From the NCBI GenBank assembly GCA_002269645.1, contig NIVC01000740.1, positions 1-64,000 on the forward strand: a DNA stretch of 64,000 nucleotides, given 5' to 3'. The notes under the pieces were generated by a model, which saw nothing but the letters and a program-made list of their open reading frames with translations, searched no databases and was not told the origin of the DNA. Below are positions 1 through 9,990 of the stretch, piece by piece. Each line of letters begins with the position of its first letter. Position 1 is the first letter of the stretch. The DNA comes from Macrostomum lignano. Taxonomy: Eukaryota. Both the position numbers and the translations under genes were made by a program.

Positions 1-485
1 ATTGATTATTATTTGATCGGAGTGACGGACCTCCTGGCTGAGGCGGGCAGGTCTCGCAGCGGCTGGAGATTCGCCAACGGCTCGCTGTTTCCTGAACTGG
101 ATGACAGCGACTGGCTGTCCGGCTTGCCGAACAACGAATTTGAAGATGATGACTTTGTAGGGGTCAGCAAAGCTGGCTTGCGGGACAGACGACCGAATTG
201 GGACAACACATTCGTCTGCCAGCCGATCGCGACGCCGAACAGCAGTACCTGGAGCGAGTGGAGTTCCTGAGGCTGGGCAACATCAGTCCTGTCTACTGCT
301 ACACTGACGCCTCGGTGAGCTCGGAGTTTCGCTGCCTGTGGCTCTGCGTGCAGCGCTGGGAGTGCCGGGCCGTCCTGTTCAACCGGGCCAGCGGCGCCTG
401 CCGCATGCTGGACTTCGCTGACTCGAGCGTCGGCGACGCCATCGAGACCGACCCGAGCTGGGCCAAGTTCGTTAAGAAGTACTGA
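1..485 (+). CDS. C-type lectin domain + PAN/apple domain protein, 5'-partial, with 1-bp frameshift at 243/244
   Basis: Frame 1 reads LIGVTD...GWRFANGS...W.SGLPNN..DDDFVG...RD...FVCQ (CTLD C-terminal half). The other frame reads FLRLGNISPVYCY...CLWLCVQRWECRAVLFN...CRML (PAN/apple Cys pattern) to the stop at 483-485. The inverted copy at 2074-2262 has one extra G that joins the two frames. Confidence 0.7.
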
Positions 486-831
486 AGAAAGAAGCTGGAG
501 TTTAGTGGGAGTAAAAATTACAGAATGAATTTATCCCTAGCACCCTAATTCAGTTCAGCTATAAAGCCTTTTATTCTTAAAGCCTGATGCAGTCCAATTC
601 ATTCTTGCTTGAGAATGTAATCTTGGCTTTTGTTTATCAAGGCTCTGACCCAATTTAATATTTAAATACAGAAAATTGAAGGCATTGCAACACCGGATTT
701 GATCTTTTCTCTTTGATATTATTTGGCACAACAGAAATTTGGGACGCTTTCGTAAGTAGGAGCGGATTGCGTGTGAACACAACAGAAGTGTTCGATTGGT
801 GTCTCAATTCGTCCAAAAATGTTTTTTTTAA

Positions 832-1097
832 CTTAGCAAAATTGAAAAGTCGCCACTCTATGCGACTTTCTCTGTGAGAAATTTCTCTTGGACTATTCTG
901 AAGTAAAAGATACGAGAAAACTGAATCGGGGTAGCTTTAATCCGTCCAACCCTCGCAAAAACTCAAGTCTGCTGTGGCGTAGCTGCAGAGTTGAGTCACT
1001 CGCTTAGATTAAGAGACTTTACGCTCGTACCTGCACTCTCAAAAGTGGCGACCACAGACGGAATCATCTGTGATGGCGACTTTTCGATGTTGCTGAG
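832..1097. mobile_element. Putative MITE-like element bounded by imperfect inverted repeats
   Basis: 832-855 (cttagcaaaattgaaaagtcgcca) and 1074-1097 (tggcgacttttcgatgttgctgag) are reverse complements at 21/24 positions with a perfect 12-bp core. No TSD identified. Confidence 0.4.
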
Positions 1098-1598
1098 CAT
1101 ATTTAATCAAATATAGAAAATCTATCGCTACATGCAGTCATGACAACGGTAGCTGTTTATTCTAAATTTATTGACACAGGAGAAAATTAGCAAATCCCGT
1201 GAAGTTTGTCTTGCTTGCTGTTTGCCTTTGTTCAACAGAACTCGCTTCATGCTTATATCCATCAAGTCTGATAAATGCGCATTTCCGGATCTGCTACCAG
1301 CCTTCCACGGGCTTTTATTGTAGGAGCAACCCCTTTTTTAGCAAATAGAAGAGCGTTGTGACTGAGAATTGCCAGCAGTGGCAAAATGAATGCATCTCAG
1401 GCCCCAACAGCTAACCGGATACACTGTGTGTGCCTGGACATCGGCGGAGAGCTGCTGATGGATCGGACTGTCATTCGAGCTGTCAATCACTGGCTTGCAG
1501 TGTCGTCGCCATGGATTTTATGGTTGGGGGCGGACAAAGCCAAGAATTCCACATGTACTCGTACATTGTCTTCAAAATCTGTGTTTTCAGCGATCACT

Positions 1599-1963
1599 TT
1601 AGCGCCAAAGGCACTCATTTTAGCACCGCAGGCACTCATTTTAGCGCCGCAGGCACTCGTTTTAGCGCCGCAGGCACTCATTTTAGCACCGCAGGCACTC
1701 ATTTTAGCACCGCAGGCACTCATTTTAGCGCCGCAGGCACTCATTTTAGCACCGCAGGCACTCATTTTAGCGCCGCAGGCACTCATTTTAGCGCCGCAGG
1801 CACTCATTTTAGCGCCAAAGGCACTCATTTTAGCACCCACAGGCACTCATTTTAGCACCCACAGGCACTCATTTTAGCACCCACAGGCACTCATTTTAGC
1901 ACCCACAGGCACTCATTTTAGCGCCGCAGGCACTCATTTTAGCGCCGCAGGCACTCATTTTAG
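1599..1963. repeat. 21-bp minisatellite (gcactcattttagcgccgcag)n
   Basis: About 17 tandem copies; explains the repetitive ORFs 1386-1877, 1430-1855 and 1487-1846. Confidence 0.95.
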
Positions 1964-2073
1964 TACGCATGTCCCCGCATACTTTACTGGGAGGGGGACA
2001 TGTTCCCCCTGTCCCCTCCGTTGGCGACGCCCCTGCTGGCTGATTATTGCTTGAGCAGATCAGTGACTTTTGA

Positions 2074-2262
2074 AGGCGCCGCTGGCCCGGTTGAACAGGA
2101 CGGCCCGGCACTCCCAGCGCTGCACGCAGAGCCACAGGCAGTGAAGCTCCGAGCTCACCGAGGCGTCAGTGTAGCAGTAGACAGGACTGATGTTGCCCAG
2201 CCTCAGGAACTCCGCTCGCTCCAGGAACTCGCTGTTCGGCGTCGCGATCGGCTGGCAGACGA
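2074..2262 (-). pseudogene. Inverted partial duplicate of the CTL-PAN junction (212-399)
   Basis: Reverse complement matches 212-399 with few substitutions and one extra base. Reads VCQPIATPNSEFLERAEFLRLGNISPVYCYTDASVSSELHCLWLCVQRWECRAVLFNRASGA. Confidence 0.85.
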
Positions 2263-2509
2263 TTTTTCTTTTGTCAACTGTTGTTCAGCCCCGTAATTAC
2301 CCTTGTCGTGCCCTCTGTGTAATAGTTATATAGCTTGTATGCATTACAATGACCACTAGGAACCCTAGGCTAGTCTACTAGTCCTTGATACATTCATGTA
2401 CATCGTTTAATAGATCAATGAATACGGCTGCGCACGAAATCTAACCGTGGAATGTGACGCAACAGTCAGGCGTGTCTACCGCTAAGCTCCCGAAACTACT
2501 CAACACCTT

Positions 2510-3352
2510 AGAACAAATACCCCACAACCTAGAAGACACCCCCACACCCTAGAAGATACCCCACACCCTAGAAGACACCCCCACACCCTAAAAGACACCC
2601 CCATACCCTAAAAGACACTCCACACCCTAGAAGCTACCCTTACACCCTAGAAGATACTCTCACACTCTAGAAGATACTCTCACACTCTAGAAGATGCTCT
2701 CACACTCTAGAAGATACTCTCATACCCTAGAAGATACCCTCATACCCTAGAAGATACTCTCACACTCTAGAAGATACTCTCACACTCTAGAAGATACTCT
2801 CACACTCTAGAAGATACTCTCATACCCTAGAAGATACCCTCATACCCTAGAAGATACCCTCATACACTAGAAGATACCCTCATACCCTAGAAGATACTCT
2901 CACACCCTAGAAGATACCCCCACAACCTAGAAGACACCCCCACACCCTAGAAGATACCCCCACACCCTAGAAGACACCCCCATACCCTAGAAGACACCCC
3001 CACACCCTAGAAGATACCCCCACACCCTAGAAGATACCCTCACACCCTAGAAGATACCCCCCCACCCTAGAAGATACCCCCACACCCTAGAAGATACCCC
3101 CACACTCTAGAAGATACCCCCACACTCTAGAAGATACCCCCACACCCTAGAAGATACCCCCACACTCTAGAAGATACCCCCACACCCTAGAAGATACCCC
3201 CACACTCTAGAAGATACCCCCACACCCTAGAAGATACCCCCACACTCTAGAAGATACCCCCACACTCTAGAAGATACCCCCACACCCTAGAAGATACCCC
3301 CACAACCTAGAAGATACCCCCACACCCTAGAAGACACCCCACACCCTAGAAG
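2510..3352. repeat. 20-bp minisatellite (ctagaagatacccccacacc)n
   Basis: About 40 tandem copies with variants. Confidence 0.95.
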
Positions 3353-3815
3353 TTTCAAATCTGTGAAACAGTTTGCCAATAGCTTACTCATAGCAATTTA
3401 ATCATGCCAATTAATTTATTTGTCATTATCTCTAGATCCATTTATAGGTAAAGGCGTGTGCACGCAGAGTACAGTGTGCAGAAAAGCACTCTGTTATGTA
3501 TTCTCAGCGACAATGTACTGCAGTTAGTACAGGCTCGTGTTGCTGTAGCCTGTACACAATGAATCCTTATAGCTAAAAATAGCTCAACTGAAAGTGCAAA
3601 CCTCTAACCTCCCCCTGATGCCTCGCAAGTCCCGTGTCCACGTACTCCGTACGTTTTAGGGTCTGGTCTGGTCAGGTGAGTCTGACTCAGAATGGCGCAA
3701 TTGAGGCTAGGCTACACAGTAAATTTTCGTGTATAAAACCCCTCCGGCTGGAGATGAGCTTCAAACACAAAAGCAAAATCAAATTCTCAACTGAACTCAG
3801 TGTTTTACCAACATC

Positions 3816-6670
3816 ATGGCATTCAGCGCGCACAAAGATCCCGAACAGTTGAAGGAGCAGAGTTCTACAGACGAGGTGCTCAATGCTCAGGCGGATCAGT
3901 TGGCCGAATTAATCCGATCGGCTAAGCACTTTGTGGCTTTCCTGGCACTCTGCTGGTGAGCGCGATGTCCATGTCTCAGATTCTGTAGTTTGTGTTTTTA
4001 CGTTTACTGTACTCTCAATCAGATTTAGCGCCACTCTGCACTAGCATCAGAATTGGCGCCACTCACTAGCATCATAGTTGGCGCCACTCACTGGCATCAG
4101 AATTGGCGCCACTCACTAGCATCATAGTTGGCGCCACTCACTAGCATCAGAATTGGCGCCACTCACTAGCATCATAGTTGGCGCCACTCACTAGCATCAG
4201 AATTGGCGCCACTCACTATAGCATCAGAATTGGCGCCACTCACTAATTATCATCAGAATTGGTGCCACTCACTAGCATCAGAATTGGCGCCACTCACTAA
4301 CTATCATCAGAATTGGCGCCACTCACTAGCATCAGAATTGGCGCCACTCACTAACTATCATCAGAATTGGCGCCACTCACTAGCATCAGAATTGGTGCCA
4401 CTCACTAGCATCAGAATTGGTGCCACTCACTAGCATCAGAATTGGCGCCACTCACTAACTATCATCAGAATTGGCGCCACTCACTAGCATCAGAATTGGC
4501 GCCACTCAATAGCATCAGAATTGGCGCCACTCACTAGCATCATAGTTGGCGCCACTCACTAGCATCAGAATTGGCGCCACTCACTATAGCATCAGAATTG
4601 GCGCCACTCACTAATTATCATCAGAATTGGTGCCACTCACTAGCATCAGAATTGGCGCCACTCACTAACTATCATCAGAATTGGCGCCACTCACTAGCAT
4701 CAGAATTGGCGCCACTCACTAACTATCATCAGAATTGGCGCCACTCACTATAGCATCAGAATTGGCGCCACTCACTAGCATCAGAGTTGGCGCCATTCAC
4801 TAGCATCAGAGTTGGCGCCACTCACTAGCATCAGAATTGGCGCCAAGAATCATTTTTTCACATTGTGAGCATAAAAAGTTTTATTTTGCCGAAATGTATC
4901 GATAGCAATCTTTATAAAACGCAATTTTGTTTATTCGTTAATCCAGGCATCCCAGACTTTCGCGGCCCTGACGGCGTCTGGACCAGGCGCGCTCAGGGGC
5001 GCGAGGCCCCGCGCGGAGTCAGCACCACCAGCGCAATGCCGACCCCAACCCACATGGCTCTGGTGGCCCTGGCCAACTCTGGCCACCTCAAACTGCTCAT
5101 CAGTCAGAACTGCGACGGCCTGCACCGCAGGTCGGGATTCCCGCCGGACCGCCTTGCCGAGCTGCACGGCAACTCCAACCTGGAGCTGTGCTCCGGCTGC
5201 GGTCTCCAGTACCTGCGCGACTTTCACGTGCGCACCAGCGGTAAAGTGCACGAGCACCAGACGGGCCGAGCCTGCCCAGTCTGCTCTGGCGCGCTGCTCG
5301 ACAGCGTCGTGAACTTCGGCGAATCCCTGCCCGAGAAGCCGATGCGAATGGGATTCGAGCACTGCCACGCCGCCGATCTGGTCCTCTGCCTCGGCTCCTC
5401 CCTGACTGTCACGCCTGCGGCCAACATGCCGGAGGAGGCGGCCGAGAGAGGCGCCAAGCTGGTCATCTGCAACCTGCAGGTGAGGGTGCGCCCAGGTTGC
5501 ACATGAGACACCCCAGACCCTAGCACATACCACAGACACCCCAGACCCTACTAGCACATACCACAGACACCCCAGACCCTACTAGCACATACCACAGACA
5601 CCCCAGACCCTACTAGCACATACCACAGACACCCCAGACCCTACTAGCACATACCACAGACACCCCAGACCCTACTAGCACATACCACAGACACCCCAGA
5701 CCCTACTAGCACATACCACAGACACCCCAGACCCTACTAGCACATACCACAGACACCCCAGACCCTACTAGCACATACCACAGACACCCCAGACCCTACT
5801 AGCACATACCACAGACACCCCAGACCCTAGCACATACCACAGACACCCCAGACCCTACTAGCACATACCTCAGACACCCCAGACCCTAGCACATACCACA
5901 GACACCCCAGACCCTAGCACATACTACAGCCACAGATACACGTACATAGACATGTACCTCCTCAGACTCTAAAAGATACCCTAGTGACATCTCAGACCAT
6001 AGACGATTCCCTTAGAGGTACATGTACATTAATGTAGATCCTATTTTTCATGTACTACGCGTCTACATCTACCTCTAGATTATAAACCTCAGGCCTTAGA
6101 AGATAAGCCTCAGGGCCTTAGATGCAGTTCCCCCAGTTTCCCCAACTCCGTCCTGCCCAGAATACGCCGTTGGACTCCCTGAGCAGCCTGCGCATTTACG
6201 GCCGCACAGACGAGCTCATGACTCGCGTCTGCAGCCGCCTCGGCATCCAACTGCCCGCCTGGCAGCTACGTCGTCGACTTCGCGTCGATGTTCACCAACC
6301 GACAGGCGACGAGAAGGGCGACAAATCGGCACTGGTGGCCACATTCGGCTGCGTCGAAGCCGACAACACACCGGCCACGGTGTTCCAGAAGCTGTCGGTT
6401 CACCTTGTCCAAGACGGCAATAGAGAAGCCAAAGAGATTCTGCTCGGAGACTTCGACAGGCGGACCTGCGCTCGATCGACTGAGTTTCAGGTGCGCCTGC
6501 CGCAATCGCTGCCCTGCAAGGTCACCCTGGCCATGACTTTCATGGGCCACTACGGCGAGCCGGGACTGAAGCTGACGCTCTGCCTGACGCAGCCGTGTCG
6601 CTATGCTAAACAGCCAATTCTGATGCTATTTGATCCTCGTCTGCAGCGATGGAGCTGCGAGGGAGTTTGA
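3816..6670 (+). CDS. Class IV (SIRT6/7-like) sirtuin, 3 exons; NAD-binding GAGIS motif disrupted (possible pseudogene or assembly error)
   Basis: Exons 3816-3955, 4947-5479, 6161-6670 (GT-AG). Motifs GIPDFRGPDGVWT, SQNCDGLH, ELHGN, Zn-finger C..C...C..C, VNFGE, CLGSSL, CNLQ|NTPLD, LRIYGRTDELM. Exon 1 reads LAELIRSAKHFVAF but is 14 nt short of the expected FTGAGISTSAG and out of frame with exon 2. Confidence 0.85.
4025..4845. repeat. 25-28-bp minisatellite (ctagcatcagaattggcgccactca)n in sirtuin intron 1
   Basis: Tandem copies fill most of the intron. Confidence 0.95.
5506..5925. repeat. 31-bp minisatellite (tagcacataccacagacaccccagaccctac)n in sirtuin intron 2
   Basis: About 14 copies starting about 26 nt after the donor. 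Confidence 0.95.
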
Positions 6671-7341
6671 TAACGGAACTAATAACTCCGGTTTTTTCCT
6701 CTGGACCTAAAACTTCTTAAAATCATGCAGCTATTCAGATCAAATAAACTTTTTTTGTTATATGCCGAGAAAATAAAGCATTTTACGCTATTCTCTACTG
6801 AAAACTGTTGGTAAGTAGGTGAGTGCGCATTTTGAAGTATTTTTTTTAATTTAAACCCAAAAAAGGATAGTAAGTAGTAAATTTTTCTTAGTTTTAATGC
6901 TTTAACTGAAGCTTGTTAAGAAGGCTCTAATGTGTAAATCATTTGATAGACAGGCATCAAAGCGCTTATTATTTCATGCAGTAATGAAAAACAGAAATAT
7001 AGATATTATTGCTGAGAAGAGCAGCCAGAAAATTATAAAGTGAAAACTAAAATCAATTTCAATTAACCGGTCAATGGGCTTTAAGCAGCTGGTCAGCATG
7101 TGTGGCATAATTAATTATGGAATCATAATAAGGACCATATTATAGGAACTGGTTTGACAAATTTAAGAAATCAAACTACTTTTCAACTACTACAAGCAGT
7201 ATGTTATTGACATGGTTAAGTTATTAAAGTAATAAACAAATCACCAAAAAACCAGGCTAAGCAAACTACGACAAAGAGTCTCCCGATATGTATCGAAAAC
7301 TGATCCTGTCACCATTTGATGCGTCAGATTCACCTGAATTG

Positions 7342-9063
7342 TCACACAAACTTGGCCAGGCACTGGCGAATGCCCTCCTCAAAGCTTCGCCGTTGAACAG
7401 CCTCGGGTCCCAGCGTGGCCTCCAGTCGCTGGCAGCTCAACCTGGCATCAACTGGGCGCAGCGTGGCGCTCGAGTCCGGCTCCACCTGCGGAGCCACGTG
7501 GTCAGTGCTCAGCCCAAACACACGGCCCATGGCCAGACACATCTCGTACTTGGTCAAGCACTCGTTGCCAGAGAAATGATAAACTCCGCCGTCGATGCGA
7601 CCGGCCCTGAGCGACAGGTGGCGAACTACGTTGGCCACATCGGCGCAATGGGTCGGATAGCGCTTGGCGATGTGGTCGATGGTGCATGGCACACCGGCCT
7701 TCACCAGGGCGAACAGGCACGTGACAGCAGATTCGTTCACATCGGCGGTATCCCCGTACAGCACTGGCACCCGCAGCACCAGATTCCGGCGCCGGCGGAG
7801 CACCTCCTGTTCGCATCTGATTGATTTTCAAAGCAATGCATTGGATGATATTGGAGCCGATAAGTATCGAAATCTTTATAACTAGTGGATGGGGTAGCTA
7901 AATATGTTTTCAAACTCGCGCCAAAATGTAAAACATTCTAAACTGCATTGCAAGAGTTCGAAAGGTATTTTGAAAAAATTTGGCTTAAGAATGTTTGAAT
8001 GCATTTTTATGGTGCTGAAAGGCCGTTAAACGCTTTTGTTGAAAAAATTGGAATAAACAATTTTTTTATTTTTGTGGGTTTGCTTTGGGACGTGACGGAC
8101 TGGATCTTATGCGATTTAAGCTTACGAAGGTCAATCCCACAAGGCGAAGGGTGAGCAGTGGCAGAATGGGTTGTTTGTGTGATTTCGACTAGAAAAATTA
8201 AGGGATTAAATTTTTTTAAAATCTAGTCTAAATTTTCAAAATAGGTTTGGGAATGAGACGGAGGGGAAATGGAAAGCAAAAAACGATTAGCGATGGGTTG
8301 ACACAAAAGAAAATAGTGGATTAAGAGAACGAGAACACCTGTCAATCAAGCTATCAACTGATATATCAATTCATCAGTGCATCTATCAAGTTATCAATAC
8401 ATCTATCAACCTATCAACACATCTATCAACCTATCAATACATCTATCAACCAATCAATACATCTATCAACCTATCAATACATCTATCAACCCTATCAATA
8501 CATCTATCAAGCTATCAATACATCTATCAACCCTATCAATACATCTATCAACCCTATCAATAAATCTATCAAGCTATCAATAAATCTATCAACCTTATCA
8601 ATACACCTATCAATCTATAACCAGCCAGAAGTTACCTGACTTTACTTTCGCCGTAGGCATTGAGAGGCGACGGCTTGCTTTTCTCGTCGTACGGCGGGTT
8701 CTTGCCGTCGAAGACATAATCGGTGCTGATGAACAGCATGGTAGCCCCGCATTCCTCAGCCAGCTGGCACAGCCTCTCTGTAGCTCCATCATTGAGCTGC
8801 TTAGCCCTATCCGGCTGTTTCTCAACAATATCCGGGCGCCGCTCGGCTGCACAATGAACAACCAGATGCGGCTTGCTCTGCGTGACAATGCGCAGAGTGT
8901 CCTCAATTGAGGTCAGATCGCACTGGGTCAGGCCTTCGATCTGGCGAGAGAAGCACAGGCCCAGGGTTTCGAATTGATCTTTGTGCTGCTGCAGCTCATG
9001 ATTGACAGCTCGGCCAAGAAGGCCGGAGGCTCCAGTTATCAGGACGCGAGTGCGTTCGCCCTC
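7342..9063 (-). CDS. MAT2B: Methionine adenosyltransferase II beta / dTDP-4-dehydrorhamnose reductase-like extended SDR; first exon not found
   Basis: Exons 9063-8636 and 7816-7342 joined by a phase-2 intron (KVR|CEQE). Motifs VLITGASGLLG, HCAAERRPD, ISTDYVFDG..PPY, PLNAYGESK, LRVPVLYG, PT...DVA, G.YHFSG, RP.DA.L. No in-frame ATG at the 9063 acceptor. Confidence 0.85.
8345..8615. repeat. ~20-bp degenerate repeat (atctatcaacctatcaatac)n in MAT2B intron
   Basis: Tandem copies start about 20 nt inside the donor. Confidence 0.9.
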
Positions 9064-9799
9064 CTGCAATAATTTCAAGCATTTTTGTTTAGAAATCTGC
9101 TAATATTAATTTTTTAACAAATAAACTTTGTTGAATTAGTCAATATCAAAGTATTTATTAGCATTCAATATTTATGATAAAAATAACTATCTACCAATGA
9201 CAGCTGCTAAATTTCTATAGTTATAGTTATCGAAATTAACCCTTGAATCCCATCTTAATTCTGAGTATAAAACAGTATGTTACACAGAAAAAAGTATTTT
9301 ACTTTTGCCATAATAGAGGCATATACTGTGCTCTAATGTTCTATCCTAAAACTATATTAATTACCCAAAAACAATAGCAAAAAAACTTTTATTCATAATC
9401 AAATTTTGTCAAAAAATGTCAGTGTCAAATTGTGGTAATATACCAAAGGTGTAGACTCCAAATGTAGTCACTTTGGGGCTAATGGGCTAAGTTGGAACCT
9501 TGCTTAGGTCTGCTTGTGCAGTTAATATTTTTAAAAGCCAATCCTTAAAGTACAAAAAACATTATATGCATAATAATAAATACAAGCTCCTATTCATGAA
9601 ATGGTTGAGCTTCTATGATATTTTTGTTTATAAGACCTAACTTTTGTTTTCATTGTCTGTTTTTAGGATGTTAAATAATATAAAAATAATGATAACTGAT
9701 TATAGCTACCCCAATTAGGCCAGATGTGCAGCCGACAGCTCAGCTGCAGCTATTGCCTGGGGTATCTGAAGGCTGCATACAGCTATTTAGTCCATAGAC

Positions 9800-9990
9800 T
9801 AGGGGGGGGGGGTTACCACACATCCTCAATTATCCTAGCTAATGCTGGCACCCATTTAATGGCTAGGTGAACTGAAGCAATGCAGAGTTAAGTGTTTTGC
9901 TCAAGGATACAAATTGTTCCAATGGGATTAGGAATCAAACTCCCAACCTTCAAGTTGTGACTCTGACTCTTTAACCACTAGGCTACAACA
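9800..9990 (-). mobile_element. Degenerate tRNA-derived SINE
   Basis: Minus strand shows an A-box (tagcctagtggttaa, 9985-9971) and a B-box-like gagtttgattcc (9942-9931), followed by ttgagcaaaacacttaactc...aaatgggtgcc, which resembles the conserved central domains of invertebrate SINEs. Confidence 0.5.

Noticed and set aside
247-270. TWSEWSS* resembling a thrombospondin type-1 start or TGA readthrough/selenocysteine
   Set aside because: The downstream frame has no TSP1 cysteines, and the inverted copy shows the peptide arises from a 1-bp deletion.
1985-2036. ...tggcgacgcccctg resembling a DNA transposon end next to the 21-bp array
   Set aside because: No matching opposite terminus in the window.
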